Shown: positions 36,894 to 49,968 of the stretch, piece by piece
How positions within the stretch are numbered: position 1 is the first letter of the stretch
How the letters are laid out: each line of letters opens with the position of its first letter
Assembly: GCA_965222375.1 (NCBI GenBank)
Contig: CBDCTZ010000016.1
Location: forward strand, 2,368,001 to 2,432,000
Direction: 5' to 3'
Source: Polyangiaceae bacterium
GTDB taxonomy: Bacteria; Myxococcota_A; Polyangia; Polyangiales; Polyangiaceae
Length of the DNA stretch: 64,000 bases
Translations under genes and position numbers: made by a program
Notes under the pieces: generated by a model
What the model saw: only the letters and a program-made list of their open reading frames with translations
What the model was told of the DNA's origin: nothing
The model's database searches: none

Positions 36894-38438
36894 ATGGTGC
36901 AGAGCCAAGGCGCTCCCATGGGGCCCGGCACAGTGCTGGGCGGCGACTTCGAGGTGGAGCGCCCCCTTGGCGTGGGCGGCATGGGCTCGGTCTATGTGGC
37001 AAAGCAGCTGTCCACGGGAAAACTCCGGGCGGTCAAGGTGATGCACCCGTCACTGGTCACCTCGCCGGACATGCGGGAGCGCTTCGTGCAGGAAGCGCGC
37101 ATCGGGTCGCTGATCGCCAGTGATCATGTCGTCGAAGTGGTCGGTGCGGGCGTCGACACGGGCACGGGCGTGCCCTGGCTCGCGATGGAGCTGCTGAACG
37201 GCGAGGACTTGAACCAGTACGTGGCGCGCTGCGGCAGGCTTTCGACCGAGGACCTCCCGCGGATCATGCGTCCTGTGTTTCATGCACTGTCCGCGGCGCA
37301 CCAACAGGGCATCGTGCACCGCGACATCAAGCCCGACAATATCTTCCTCGCGACGGCGCAAAGCACGACGGCAGCGATGACCGTCAAGGTGCTCGACTTC
37401 GGTATCGCGAAAGTCGCCGCTCAAGCCCTTGATGCCGGGACGAGTGCCATGGGCACGCCGCTTTGGATGGCACCCGAGCAAACCGAACAACGAGCGCACG
37501 TATCGCCGGCGACGGATGTGTGGGCGCTTGGGCTGGTGGTGTTCTGGTGTTTGACGGGGCGTAACTTCTGGCGAACGGCGGCGACCGGGACTGGCTCGGT
37601 GCCTCAGCTGATGCGAGAAGTGTTGTTCGAGCCCATGGGGCCCGCGTCTCCTCGGGCCCAGGAGCTGGCGCCGGGCCTTTCGCTGCCGCCGGGCTTCGAC
37701 GCCTGGTTTGCCAAGTGCACCGCGCGAGATCCGAAGCAGCGCTACCCAGACGCCAGCGCTGCGGGAGTCGAGCTGTTCACGAACGTACTGGGCGTCAGCG
37801 CGAGCACGACCGCGGCCAGTGCGCCGATGACCTTGCCATCCACTTCTCGCGCCTCGGTGCCTAGCGCCGCGCCCCTTGCACCAGCGCCGTCGGCCGCGAC
37901 CATCACCGCAGCGCCGGTAACCAGCACTCGCAGCCCCAATTCGGGCAAGGTGGCTCTGCTGATTGTTGGTGTCGTCGGCGTACTCCTGCTCGGTTTTGTC
38001 GCGATTGTCGGCCTCGGCGGTGTGGTGTGGTTCGGGACGAGCGAACGCGACACGCAGGTGACCGAAACGGGCCCTGTAGCTGCACCTCCCGCCGCCACAC
38101 CGTTGGAGCCACAAGCCGAACCACCGCCAGAGGAGCCCAGCTCACCCACGCAGCCGCACAGCGCGGGCGTTGATGAGGGCACAGAACACTCCAATCCCGC
38201 GACGGAGTCGCCCCGCTCTCGTCCCGACGCGGGTGCGAAGCCGCCGACGAAGCAGGCCGCCTACCGTGCAGGACAGAAAGTCGATGTGCAGTGGGGGGGC
38301 CAGTGGTGGCAGGGGCGCATCATCGCGGTCAAGAACGACAAGTTCTTGGTGCACTACATTGGCTGGTCGTCATCCTGGGATGAATGGGTGACGACGGCGC
38401 GGCTGCGCCCCTGGACTGGCTCGGCGAGGTCGAAGTAA
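36894..38438 (+). CDS. Ser/Thr protein kinase with TM helix and C-terminal Tudor-knot/Agenet-like domain
   Basis: GVGGMGSV, AVK, HRDIKPDN, DFG, GTPLWMAPE, DVWALG; TM; LVHYIGWSSSWDEWV. Confidence 0.92.
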   Translation: MVQSQGAPMGPGTVLGGDFEVERPLGVGGMGSVYVAKQLSTGKLRAVKVMHPSLVTSPDMRERFVQEARIGSLIASDHVVEVVGAGVDTGTGVPWLAMELLNGEDLNQYVARCGRLSTEDLPRIMRPVFHALSAAHQQGIVHRDIKPDNIFLATAQSTTAAMTVKVLDFGIAKVAAQALDAGTSAMGTPLWMAPEQTEQRAHVSPATDVWALGLVVFWCLTGRNFWRTAATGTGSVPQLMREVLFEPMGPASPRAQELAPGLSLPPGFDAWFAKCTARDPKQRYPDASAAGVELFTNVLGVSASTTAASAPMTLPSTSRASVPSAAPLAPAPSAATITAAPVTSTRSPNSGKVALLIVGVVGVLLLGFVAIVGLGGVVWFGTSERDTQVTETGPVAAPPAATPLEPQAEPPPEEPSSPTQPHSAGVDEGTEHSNPATESPRSRPDAGAKPPTKQAAYRAGQKVDVQWGGQWWQGRIIAVKNDKFLVHYIGWSSSWDEWVTTARLRPWTGSARSK

Positions 38439-38462
38439 GTGCGCGGGTTGTGGTCGCGCCCC

Positions 38463-38912
38463 TCAACCCTCGACCAGATCCCGAACCACCCAAGCCGCGA
38501 CGGGTAGCGCCTTCTTGATCTCCGGCGACAGCTTCTTGGCCAGACGCTTGGGTTTGCGAATGCCGATGCCGACGATGTTCACGCGTCGGGACGGCGACGG
38601 GTGCAACTCTGCGGCCAGTCCGAGAGCCCGCGCAACTCCCACGCCGTGGCTGGAGATTGGCGGAGTCCCCGTGTCGAGGGTATCAGGGAAGAGCACGCGT
38701 ACCCGGCCTGGGTCCTTTTCGTCGAGGACTGCGTCGACGACGACGAGGTGCTCGACGCCGTCGGCCAATTCCACAATCTCCGCGGGATCGTGAACCTCCA
38801 CCAGCTCCACGTCTTCGGGCAGCTCTTCAGACTTGAGCAGCTCCAACACGGCGAGGCCTGCGCCGTCGTCGCCGGCAGCCCTTTGCCCTACTCCAACAAC
38901 ACGCGTGTTCAT
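38463..38912 (-). CDS. Hydrogenase maturation protease
   Basis: VVGVGQ..AGDDGAG, VVVDAV, SSHG. Confidence 0.9.
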   Translation of the reverse strand: MNTRVVGVGQRAAGDDGAGLAVLELLKSEELPEDVELVEVHDPAEIVELADGVEHLVVVDAVLDEKDPGRVRVLFPDTLDTGTPPISSHGVGVARALGLAAELHPSPSRRVNIVGIGIRKPKRLAKKLSPEIKKALPVAAWVVRDLVEG

Positions 38913-40207
38913 GTCGTTTCCTCCTGCTCGATGCGCACCTTCAAGAAATGCGTACTGCACGAGATGCACGGGTCGTAGTTGCGCACCGTTTGCTCAGCCA
39001 GCCAGGTGGCATCCGCGTGGGACATTTCAGCCAGCCGTGGTGCGATCTGGAACAAGTCCTCTTCTATGCTGGGTTGGTTCTGGGACGTGGGTGGGACGAT
39101 CTTCGCGTCGGTGATGGCGCCTTCTTCGTTCGTTGAGTAGCGGTGGTACAGCAGGCCGCGGGGTGCTTCGCTCGCACCGCGCCCAGTGGCTGCCGACATC
39201 GGCACGTCCTGACTTGCTGGGTCTGGAGATACGTATGCGTCGATGATCTCCAATGCCTCGTCCAGCGCCTGCACCGTCTCGACCAATCGCACGAGCAGGG
39301 ACTTGAACGGATTGGTGCAGGGAGGTTCGAGGTCCGCGATGCGAGCTGCCTGCTGAGCCCGAGGGCGCAGCCGATCGAAACAGAGGTTGAAGCGCGCTAG
39401 CGGGCCGCACAGATACGCGCCGCGCTCTTTGACCACCGAATGCAATGCCGTCGAGTGCTCGACGTGACGCTCTTCAAAGACCTCGTCGTACTCCTGCACG
39501 TCGATGTCGATGCCTCGATTCGAGATGACGCGCCCTTCGCAAAACGGGTACTCGGGCCGCTCCGGGCGCAGGCACACGAGCTCGTAGTCGCGCTCGAAGT
39601 CGCGGAAGTCGAAGCCTTTGGCCCAGGCGAGGGACTCCTCCATCGCGCCGAGGGACCAAGTCAGATCCGGAACCAGGGCTGACAGCTCTTCTCGCGTCGG
39701 GGCGCGATGGAACCCGCCGACGCGGACGTTGATGGGATGGATTTCGCGACCACCGACGGCGCGCACGATGGCATTACCGGCCTTTTTGGCACGCAGCGCA
39801 TCCCGGACGCGCTCCGGATGGTCTTGGGCCATCTTCAGCGCGTCCTGATAGCCCGCGAAGTCGGGGGCGTGCAGCATGAAGGCGTGCAGCACGTGGCTTT
39901 CGATCCATTCGCCGCAATACAGCAGCCGGCGCAGTAAGCGAATTGGCTCTGGCGTCGCGACCTGGAGCGCGTTTTCGATCGCTTGGCAGGCGCTCATCTG
40001 ATAGGCGACGGGACAAATCCCGCAGATGCGGGCGGTGATGTCCGGCGCCTCCAACACCGAGCGATCTCGAAGGAACCCCTCGAAGAAGCGCGGAGGCTCG
40101 AAGATGCGGAGCTCCACGCTCTTGGGCTTCTTGCCCGCAAAACGGATCGTCAGCCCCCCTTCACCTTCGACTCGTGCCAATGCGTCGACCTGAATCGTCC
40201 TAGCCAT
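38909..40207 (-). CDS. Group 3b [NiFe]-hydrogenase large (alpha) subunit
   Basis: [17 protein letters not shown] (L1), [17 protein letters not shown] (L2) plus cleavable C-terminal tail. Confidence 0.93.
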   Translation of the reverse strand: MARTIQVDALARVEGEGGLTIRFAGKKPKSVELRIFEPPRFFEGFLRDRSVLEAPDITARICGICPVAYQMSACQAIENALQVATPEPIRLLRRLLYCGEWIESHVLHAFMLHAPDFAGYQDALKMAQDHPERVRDALRAKKAGNAIVRAVGGREIHPINVRVGGFHRAPTREELSALVPDLTWSLGAMEESLAWAKGFDFRDFERDYELVCLRPERPEYPFCEGRVISNRGIDIDVQEYDEVFEERHVEHSTALHSVVKERGAYLCGPLARFNLCFDRLRPRAQQAARIADLEPPCTNPFKSLLVRLVETVQALDEALEIIDAYVSPDPASQDVPMSAATGRGASEAPRGLLYHRYSTNEEGAITDAKIVPPTSQNQPSIEEDLFQIAPRLAEMSHADATWLAEQTVRNYDPCISCSTHFLKVRIEQEETT

Positions 40208-41003
40208 GGTCTCCCTCCTTGCGAGGAGTGGAGTAGCGAGCGGCGAAAGGCTCCGTAGCTACATTGAACAATCCGTACAACCGCCGCACGCTCTGGTCCG
40301 AGGTGCCCGCGGCACCCAACGCTTGTTCGAGCCCGGTGACGTTGGGTGACGCGGTAGGACCGAAACAACCGAAGCAACCCCGGGCGTAGCTCGGGCACAG
40401 CGCCTCGCAACCCGTGTGGGTGACCGGGCCCAAGCAAGGCTCACCTCGGGCGACCATCACGCACACCGTGCCACGGCGCTTACAGTCCAGGCATACCGAG
40501 TGCTCGGGCAGACGAATGCGATTTTCGTGCAAGGCGGCCGTGATCACTTCCAGCAATTGCCCTTTGTCGATGGGGCAACCCCGCAGTTCGAAGTCGACCT
40601 TGACGTGGGCGGATACCGGCGTCGATGTATCCAGGGTGCGGATGAAGTCGGGTTGCGCGTAGACGACGCGGGTGTACTCCTTCACATCCGCGAAGTTGCG
40701 CAGTGCTTGAATGCCACCAGCCGTGGCGCAGGCACCGATCGTGACGAGCATCTTGCTCTTCTGCCGGATTTCACGAATGCGCTCGATGTCGTGGGCCGTG
40801 GTCAGCGAGCCTTCCACGAGGGTGAGATCGTAAGGCCCTCGCATCGTCGCCCGTGTCGCTTCCAGGAAGTAGGCAATGTCCACGGCTCCCGCCACGGCGA
40901 GCAGTTCGTCTTCGCAGTCCAGGAGGCTCAGCTGACAGCCGTCGCAGGACGCCAGCTTGAACACGGCGAGCTTCTTCTTTCGCTTTTTCTTTCGCGTGGC
41001 CAT
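40200..41003 (-). CDS. Group 3b hydrogenase small (delta) subunit
   Basis: [32 protein letters not shown]...RGCFGCFGP. Confidence 0.92.
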   Translation of the reverse strand: MATRKKKRKKKLAVFKLASCDGCQLSLLDCEDELLAVAGAVDIAYFLEATRATMRGPYDLTLVEGSLTTAHDIERIREIRQKSKMLVTIGACATAGGIQALRNFADVKEYTRVVYAQPDFIRTLDTSTPVSAHVKVDFELRGCPIDKGQLLEVITAALHENRIRLPEHSVCLDCKRRGTVCVMVARGEPCLGPVTHTGCEALCPSYARGCFGCFGPTASPNVTGLEQALGAAGTSDQSVRRLYGLFNVATEPFAARYSTPRKEGDHG

Positions 41004-41004
41004 G

Positions 41005-41901
41005 TCAAAGCTCCCGGATTGCCAGCAACTCCGCAACGTCGTTCCAACGAAATACGGGCCCGTCCTTGCAGATGAACAGTCGTCCTAATTGGCAGTGCCC
41101 ACAGGTGCCGACGCTGCAGTGCATGTTGCGCTCGAGGGAGACCCAAGTGTCTCGCGGGTCCATGCCGAGGCGAATTAGCTCTCGCACTGCGAAACGCATC
41201 ATGATCTCGGGCCCACACAGCATCGCGACGGCATGGCCTGGGTCGAAGTCCGCGCGCTCGAGCAGCTTGGTGACGACCCCTGCGTTGCCCAACCAGTCCG
41301 CGTCGGGACGATCCACGGTCACCAACACCTGGAAGTCGAAGCGAGCGCGCCAGCGCGCTATTTCTTTCAAGTACAGGACGTCTTGGGGGGATCGTGCTCC
41401 GTAGGCGATGACGACGCGCCCGAAATCGCGACGCTTGCGGAGCAAGTGCATCACGACCGGGCGAAGCGGGGCCAAGCCGATGCCGCCAGCCACGAGCACG
41501 ACGTCCCGGCCGCGGGCGTCGCGCACAGGCCAAGGCGTGCCATAGGGACCACGCACGCCGAGCTCACTGCCGCGCCGCAGCTCCCCCAGCTTGTCCGTGA
41601 CGCTGCCCACCTCGCGAATCGTGTGCCAGAGGAACATCGGGCGCGCGGGATCACCCGATATGCTGATGGGTACCTCTCCGACGCCAGGCAGGTACAGCAT
41701 GTTGAACTGTCCAGGCTCGAAGAAGAAACCGCCGCGCTCGGCGGCGTTCAGCGCGATGGTGAACGTGTCGTAGGTGTCGCGGCGGAACTTGGAGACCTTC
41801 AGGACCTCCGGGAGCATGGGCTCGACGACGGCTAGGGACGTCGGCGCCGGGATGGACTGTGGGTTGCGCGGCGCCGGGATGGACTGTGGGTTGCGCGTCA
41901 C
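41005..41901 (-). CDS. Group 3b hydrogenase gamma subunit (FAD/NAD(P)-binding, 2Fe-2S)
   Basis: [56 protein letters not shown]. Confidence 0.92.
   Translation of the reverse strand: MTRNPQSIPAPRNPQSIPAPTSLAVVEPMLPEVLKVSKFRRDTYDTFTIALNAAERGGFFFEPGQFNMLYLPGVGEVPISISGDPARPMFLWHTIREVGSVTDKLGELRRGSELGVRGPYGTPWPVRDARGRDVVLVAGGIGLAPLRPVVMHLLRKRRDFGRVVIAYGARSPQDVLYLKEIARWRARFDFQVLVTVDRPDADWLGNAGVVTKLLERADFDPGHAVAMLCGPEIMMRFAVRELIRLGMDPRDTWVSLERNMHCSVGTCGHCQLGRLFICKDGPVFRWNDVAELLAIREL
41842..41895. repeat. Perfect 27-bp tandem duplication
   Basis: CGGCGCCGGGATGGACTGTGGGTTGCG x2, encoding RNPQSIPAP x2. Confidence 0.9.
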
Positions 41902-42368
41902 CGGCTAGACTCCGCATACACATCGAGCTGTGCGAAACGCGCCTGCTCGAGGCGGCGGTGCGCTTCGAGCAAGAGGCCGTAGACCATCGCGAATCCGAAG
42001 CTGTGATCTGCCGTCAGTTTGTTACGCAGGCAATCGCCGTCAATGGCGAAGGCCAGGGTTGGCTCCAATGCGCGCACGTCGATGTTCCAGGTTTGTGTCG
42101 GAAGGACGACGCTCCAGCCGAGAACCTCGCCTTTCTGGAGGGTCTCGATAGGAACGGCGCCTCGACTCGGGATGTGGATTTCGACGCTGGCCTTGCCACT
42201 GCGAATCAAATAGAGCGTGTTGGCGGGTTGATGCTCCCGAGCCATGTAATCGCCTGCGGCGAAGCGCACGTTCTTGGTGCAGCCGGCGAGGAACGCCACA
42301 TGGGGTGCGTCGAGCTTGGCAGCGAAGGGATGCTGCTGCAGGGAGCGTCGTAGGTCTTCGGTTTCCAT
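41898..42368 (-). CDS. Stand-alone cyclic nucleotide-binding domain protein
   Basis: HPF..L, F.AG.Y, LYLIRSG, GEVLGWS; no HTH. Confidence 0.85.
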   Translation of the reverse strand: METEDLRRSLQQHPFAAKLDAPHVAFLAGCTKNVRFAAGDYMAREHQPANTLYLIRSGKASVEIHIPSRGAVPIETLQKGEVLGWSVVLPTQTWNIDVRALEPTLAFAIDGDCLRNKLTADHSFGFAMVYGLLLEAHRRLEQARFAQLDVYAESSR

Positions 42369-42369
42369 C

Positions 42370-43509
42370 TTAGCCCTCCGTCCCGGTTGCGGGGTCGCGC
42401 AGCGCGCGTACCTCCTCAGTGATGTCGATGCCCACCGGGCACCAAGTGATGCAGCGCCCGCAGCCCACACAACCCGACCGCCCGAATTGGTCGTGCCAAG
42501 TTGCTAGCTTGTGGGTGAGCCACTGACGGTAGCGGGCACTCGTGCCTGCCCGCACAGCTCCACCGTGCAAATAGGTGATGCTCTCCGTGAAGCAGGAGTC
42601 CCACTTGCGCACGCGCGCCGACACGTCGCCACTCAGGTCAGTGCTGTCCTCGGTGCTGGTGCAGAAACACGTCGGACACACGTCTGTGCAGTTACTGCAA
42701 GAAAGACAACGCGTTGCAATTTCGTCCCACTGCTTGTGCTCCAGGTTGGCGAGCAACAGCTCGGGCAGCTTCGTGGTGTTCATATGGCGCGTGATGCTTG
42801 CGGCGGTCTCGTCGCGCCGGGCGAGTGCGATGTCGCTGTCCGAGGCGGGGCTCAGTTCGAGGGCGTCGGCGACGTCTTGGCCACGTCGAGATTTGATTTC
42901 GACCACGAAGCGGTGCCCTTCCGCGTCTAGCAGCTCCGTGAGGCATAGATCGAAGCCTCGGGTCGCCTGGGGGCCCGTGCCCATGGAGGTGCAGAAGCAA
43001 GAGCCCGACGCTACGGAGCAATTGACGGCAACGATGAACGCGTTCTTGCGCCGAGCGACGTAGTGCGGATCTGCGCCAATGCCGCTGCCCAGCACGGCGT
43101 CTTGAGTCTCGATTGCCGCGAGGTCACAACTCCGGGCGCCGATGATGGCGAGGGGTGTTTCCGCAATTGGCTCGGGCACGAAACGCAGCCGGCCCTCTTC
43201 TTGTCGCGCGGTGAACAGGCGCTGGACAGGCACGTGGAAGAACTGTCGCCAGGAGTGGGGGCCAACCGCATAACCGAACAGCCGGTCATCGTCCCGCCGA
43301 GCGAGGCGGTACTTGCCGGGCTCCTGAGTGTCGGTCCAGCCCCCGGGCAGGTCGGCGTCACAGCGGATTTCGCCGTAAGCGATGGCGCTCTCGCGCAGCG
43401 TGGGCCCGAGCATCCGGAAGCCTCGCTCCTGCAAGTGCGCGATCAACAGGCGCAACCCGGCTCGGGACAGAATCCGCGCCGGCGAGCTGACTGGCTCGAC
43501 ATCCGACAT
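42370..43509 (-). CDS. Group 3b hydrogenase beta subunit (4Fe-4S)
   Basis: [46 protein letters not shown]. Confidence 0.92.
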   Translation of the reverse strand: MSDVEPVSSPARILSRAGLRLLIAHLQERGFRMLGPTLRESAIAYGEIRCDADLPGGWTDTQEPGKYRLARRDDDRLFGYAVGPHSWRQFFHVPVQRLFTARQEEGRLRFVPEPIAETPLAIIGARSCDLAAIETQDAVLGSGIGADPHYVARRKNAFIVAVNCSVASGSCFCTSMGTGPQATRGFDLCLTELLDAEGHRFVVEIKSRRGQDVADALELSPASDSDIALARRDETAASITRHMNTTKLPELLLANLEHKQWDEIATRCLSCSNCTDVCPTCFCTSTEDSTDLSGDVSARVRKWDSCFTESITYLHGGAVRAGTSARYRQWLTHKLATWHDQFGRSGCVGCGRCITWCPVGIDITEEVRALRDPATGTEG

Positions 43510-43746
43510 CGGGGCCAAGCTCTGCAGGAACCGAACCACGTGGGGTCGTGGCGGGCTGGAGGCAGCCCGGTGCGGCTAACCTCGTCTCAACCCGCCCGTC
43601 CGTGGCGCAATCCTTGCGGAAGCCTCCCCTCGGTGCGCACAGCTGGCGCAACGAAACCGCAGCTATTCCCTCGCGCCGTGGCACAGAGGCGGGAGCATTC
43701 GCGGTTTGAGTTGACCTTGCCGAGGACACAGCCCAACGTGCCCGGC

Positions 43747-44019
43747 ATGTCGCAGAAAACACGGAGCTTGGCTCGGGCCATTGTGGTGACGCTTTCCGCA
43801 ACAGCGGCGATGCCGGCGTGCGGTGGCGCGAACGAGAATCAACCGCCTGTGCACGGCAATCCCCCGCCCCCGCCGCCGTCGCCCGAAGAGCCGCCCGGCG
43901 AGCCCTTGGACCCGACGGGGCCCGAGGGGCCGGCCGAACAGCCCATCACCACGAATCCACCCGGGCCAGATGGTGAGCCCGGGATCGGAGACGGCGCGGG
44001 GCCTCCTCCCGAGAACTAG
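43747..44019 (+). CDS. Small Pro-rich lipoprotein
   Basis: MPAC lipobox, NPPPPP. Confidence 0.5.
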   Translation: MSQKTRSLARAIVVTLSATAAMPACGGANENQPPVHGNPPPPPPSPEEPPGEPLDPTGPEGPAEQPITTNPPGPDGEPGIGDGAGPPPEN

Positions 44020-44042
44020 TCGCGGGGGACGGCTGCTCGAAC

Positions 44043-44630
44043 TCACACCGTCCACTCGAGCAACAGATCGACGTCGCAGAAGGAGCGCACGTGGATGCGG
44101 GTGGTGCCGCCGGTTTCAAATTCCCTCATCGCGCCTTCGAAAACGCCAATGTGGTATGCGTCCGGGAAGCTCCACAGATCGCGAAGCTTCACGACGGCGC
44201 AGCGCTCGCCCTGCCATTCGACGGACACTCTGGCACCGCCCACGGTGGCATAGGCTCGCGGTGCGAAATCCAGCACGGACGTCCAGCTCAGGTTCGTCAT
44301 CGCTAGCAACACTTTGCCTGGCACCGTTTCGGCGAAGGTTGGGTAGGCGCTGATGCCAAGTCGCCGCAACCCTTCGCGCTCAGTGACGTTGGGAAAGGCG
44401 TGTCGGGCGCAATCGAGAAACACTTCCAATACCTCGGACGCTGGATAGTCGCTGAAGGCTGTGTAGCGCTTCTTCACCGAGAAACCGCCGCGCTGTTTCG
44501 CTTGCCGCAGGGCGCGGAGCAGAAACATGCCCTTGATCGTGACGTCTTTGGGCACTGCGGCGAGCCGCGCGTTCATTTCCAGGGGCGCGTTCCAATCCAG
44601 CGCAACGAAGTCTTCCCGCGAGAACGTCAT
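44043..44630 (-). CDS. DUF2378-like myxobacterial protein
   Basis: TIKGMF, RYTAFSDYP, EGLRRLG, YHIGVFEGA. Confidence 0.75.
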   Translation of the reverse strand: MTFSREDFVALDWNAPLEMNARLAAVPKDVTIKGMFLLRALRQAKQRGGFSVKKRYTAFSDYPASEVLEVFLDCARHAFPNVTEREGLRRLGISAYPTFAETVPGKVLLAMTNLSWTSVLDFAPRAYATVGGARVSVEWQGERCAVVKLRDLWSFPDAYHIGVFEGAMREFETGGTTRIHVRSFCDVDLLLEWTV

Positions 44631-44705
44631 CCAACCACAGGGTCAGCGTAGTTCTGCCATCCGGGGGCAGCAAGGTCCCCGACGTTGAGTGCCTTGTTGT
44701 GTCGC

Positions 44706-45074
44706 TCAAGCGCTCGAATCGAGCATTTCGTTGATTTCGTCCAAACAGCTACGAATGTCGAGGGTGCGCTTGTTGTAGATCTTGAGTACGTCGAGCTCGT
44801 GCAGCCGGCGGCGATTCCCGGCGTCGTCGAAGAACGTGGACAGGAACACGATGGGTAGTCTGAAGCCGCCCTCGCGCACGTCGGAGATGAAATGAACCCC
44901 GTTGCCATCGGGCAAGAGGCCATCTGTGATGATGAGCGAAACCGGGTGCTTGGCCAAGTGTTGTTTGGCAGCTTTGAGGGTGCGGCACTGCATGACATTG
45001 TGTCCGAACTTGGCGAGGCCAAGCTTGACCAAGGCTGCAAAGTCGTCGTCATCTTCAACCAGCAACACGTTCAT
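44706..45074 (-). CDS. Single-domain response regulator
   Basis: VLLVEDD, IITDGLLPDGNG, PIVFLS, NK. Confidence 0.85.
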   Translation of the reverse strand: MNVLLVEDDDDFAALVKLGLAKFGHNVMQCRTLKAAKQHLAKHPVSLIITDGLLPDGNGVHFISDVREGGFRLPIVFLSTFFDDAGNRRRLHELDVLKIYNKRTLDIRSCLDEINEMLDSSA

Positions 45075-45335
45075 GGATGAGTTCCGCGAGTTCGGGAATT
45101 CAGCCCTAGCGTACACACACTTGGACTCAGCAGTGTCCGGATCGCACCGTCGGGTCGATCCATAGCGTGACAAGCGTCACATCCCTGCGAAAGTCACGTC
45201 GCGCGGCTTGGCGGCATCGAGCAATACCCCACGGCATAGAGGGTGGGCCCGTTAGTTCCCTTACGCTTCAGGGTGTTTTCGCGCAACTGTTGAGGTGGTT
45301 TTGCGTGGCACGCGCCATGCTTTGGCGTGCGCCTC

Positions 45336-46808
45336 ATGAAGCCTCGAATCCCGTTTCGCTCCGTCCTCCCTGCGCTTTTCCTGGCTCTGGCATCTGCGGG
45401 TTGTGGTTCTTCCGACGATCCGAGCGCAGAAACTGCTGGTGGCGCGGGTCAAGGTGGCTTCGCCGGCGTCGGGGGCGCGGGGGGCGCAGGAGGCATGGCG
45501 GGTGCGGGCTCGCCGACTGTGGGATTCGTGGTTGCGACGAAAACTGGCGACGAAGTTGTGACGCGGGTGTTTTGGGGAGACCCATACCGCGTGGTCGTGC
45601 GAGGACTGCCAGCGGGAGTGGCGGTACGGCTCATCGCGCGCGCGGACATCGTCGACAGCGAGTACGTCTCGGAGGCGGCGTATCACGCAGATTCGAGCGG
45701 CGTGGTGGATGTTGGCGTCGCCGCCGCAACCAACGGTAGCTACCAAGGCGTTGATGCGGATGGCCTGATCTGGTCTATGACAGCCGCCCCCGCGGCGGAC
45801 AACAAGCTGCCCTTCAATCAGCTTCGAGTGATCGCAGAAGTCGACGGTACGGAAGTTGGTCGAGGCCAGCTGGAGCGCTTTTACCTTGCTGACGGAGTCA
45901 AAGAAACTCCCGTGTCCGAAGGCGGCCTGCTTGGCGCTTTCTTCATGCCGCCCCACCAGGCTGGCGAGAAGCTACCTGTGATCATTGCTTTCGGGGGTTC
46001 CGAAGGCGGGTTGAACAGCGGACGTTTCACCGCGATGTACTACGCGGCACTGGGTTACGCGACGCTAGGCGTAGCCTACTTTGGCGCACCGGGCTTGCCG
46101 TCCACACTCGCCAGCGTGCCGCTGGAGTACTTCGAGACCGCGCACCAATGGCTCGCCAAGCGGCCCGGGGTCGATGCAAATCGCGTGGGTGTTACTGGAG
46201 GCTCACGGGGTGGCGAGCTCGCGCTCTTGCTCGCCGCGACGTTCCCTTGGGTCAAGGCTGCCGTTTCCGAACTGACGAGTGGCGTGGTGTGGGGCGCCCT
46301 CAGTGGCAGCGGCCCAGCGTGGACCTACCAGAATGTGGGGCTGCCCGACATGCCGAGTGCCCTGGTGCAACCCACGACGAGTGTGGACTCAGATGGCATG
46401 ACGCTGCTGCACTATCGCCCAACCTTCGAGGCGTCGATGAAACTCGCGACCCCGGCCCAGCTGGATGCGGCGACTATCAAGGTCGAAAACGCTCAAGGAC
46501 CCATCTTGATGATCGGCGGCTCCGACGACCAGCTCTGGCCTGCCTGCGACCTGGCGCAGCCGGCTTGGCAGCGCCTGGTGTCTTCAGGGCATAGCAAGCA
46601 GTACGCCGACGAGCTGCTTTGCCTTCAAGACGCTGGGCATAGTGACCTGCGGCCAGGGTCGCCCACGGTCGGTGGGCATCGCGCGTATCACTCTGGGCTG
46701 AAGCAGTGGCTCGCCCTTGGCGGCACGCCGGAAGGGGTGGGCAGGGGCCAGCGCCTTGCGGACACCAAGACGCGAGCCTTCTTCGCCAGCGCGCTCGGCA
46801 ACAAGTGA
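45336..46808 (+). CDS. Acyl-CoA thioesterase/BAAT-family hydrolase, lipoprotein
   Basis: SAGC lipobox; FGGSEGG, GGSRGGE, DDQLWP, AGH. Confidence 0.85.
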   Translation: MKPRIPFRSVLPALFLALASAGCGSSDDPSAETAGGAGQGGFAGVGGAGGAGGMAGAGSPTVGFVVATKTGDEVVTRVFWGDPYRVVVRGLPAGVAVRLIARADIVDSEYVSEAAYHADSSGVVDVGVAAATNGSYQGVDADGLIWSMTAAPAADNKLPFNQLRVIAEVDGTEVGRGQLERFYLADGVKETPVSEGGLLGAFFMPPHQAGEKLPVIIAFGGSEGGLNSGRFTAMYYAALGYATLGVAYFGAPGLPSTLASVPLEYFETAHQWLAKRPGVDANRVGVTGGSRGGELALLLAATFPWVKAAVSELTSGVVWGALSGSGPAWTYQNVGLPDMPSALVQPTTSVDSDGMTLLHYRPTFEASMKLATPAQLDAATIKVENAQGPILMIGGSDDQLWPACDLAQPAWQRLVSSGHSKQYADELLCLQDAGHSDLRPGSPTVGGHRAYHSGLKQWLALGGTPEGVGRGQRLADTKTRAFFASALGNK

Positions 46809-46956
46809 GCGCTCCGGCCCGAACCGTCCTCAACTAGCTGTTTCGCACCCCCGCGCCCGAGGCAAGTGCCTGGTTTTTCGGGGAAAGGGGCCAAGGCTGG
46901 TGGTCTGGGGCCAATGGGCGTAAATGAGCGCCCGACAAAAACTACCCATGGAGTAG

Positions 46957-49200
<2,244 letters not shown>

Positions 49201-49226
49201 GCAACCACCACGCGGCTGTCGCCGCC

Positions 49227-49874
49227 CTACCAACTGTCGCAGTCGAGGCATACGCTGGGTCGTGCGGCGTCGGCACGGGTGAGCGCCGCGTCGAAGCGAT
49301 CCGGGAAATCGGGATCTCCATCCATGCGCCGGATAAGCACCTCTCGGTACGCCTCGAGCTGAGCCGTGAAGAAGTCCTGCTGCTCCTTGACCACCCTCTC
49401 GTAGGCCTTGGCTTGCGGAGACGAGCCGCGACACGCAGGTGTGAGCTCGGATACACCATGGGACGTGGTCGAATACCATTGGGCCAAGAGCTCGATGACT
49501 GCGTCGGATTGGCAGAACTGAAGGTTGCAGCGCAACAGGTTGGTGACCAGCGTCGCGGTTCGGAATTGAAGTCGAGCGACGGACTTCTTCAAGTGCTCGT
49601 ACATGCGGCGGGCCTCCTCGGAAGCGTCCGCCGGGATTTCGATGGGTGGTGGTGCGGAGGCGTCGGTGGGTGGGTTGCGTTTCGGCGGCCTGGCGGGATC
49701 CGACTCGGGCTGTCCGACCACGGGTTGGACCTTGACCACGCTGGCGTCCTTGCTAGTCGGGGTGCCGCCCCCACACGCGCTTGCCGCCACGGCGGCGCTC
49801 AAGAACAGCGCTCGACGCCGTAGCACGACGCGACGATCGTATTCTTGTTGATTGGTTGTTGGGGGTCGCGCCAC
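49227..49874 (-). CDS. Hypothetical lipoprotein
   Basis: LRRRALFLSAAVAASAC leader; C-terminal PSVCL; GTG start inferred. Confidence 0.55.
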   Translation of the reverse strand: MARPPTTNQQEYDRRVVLRRRALFLSAAVAASACGGGTPTSKDASVVKVQPVVGQPESDPARPPKRNPPTDASAPPPIEIPADASEEARRMYEHLKKSVARLQFRTATLVTNLLRCNLQFCQSDAVIELLAQWYSTTSHGVSELTPACRGSSPQAKAYERVVKEQQDFFTAQLEAYREVLIRRMDGDPDFPDRFDAALTRADAARPSVCLDCDSW

Positions 49875-49891
49875 TGCTTCTCCCTGGCTCC

Positions 49892-49925
49892 CTAATCTCG
49901 CCCGGGTGCCCGAAGGCGAGATTAG
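49892..49925 (-). terminator. Hairpin downstream of 49969-51039
   Basis: Perfect 11-bp IR CTAATCTCGCC / GGCGAGATTAG. Confidence 0.4.
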
Positions 49926-49968
49926 CGCACCTGGGTGAATAGGCCCACGACCCCTAACCAAACCGGAC

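Noticed and set aside
36032..37123. Pro/Leu-rich 363-aa ORF
   Set aside because: It is the antisense reading of the Gly/Ser linker of the lipoprotein at 35833-36624.
49944..49965. ACGACCCCTAACCAAACC as a seventh R copy
   Set aside because: Only the tail matches; the hairpin body and CCAAAT are absent.
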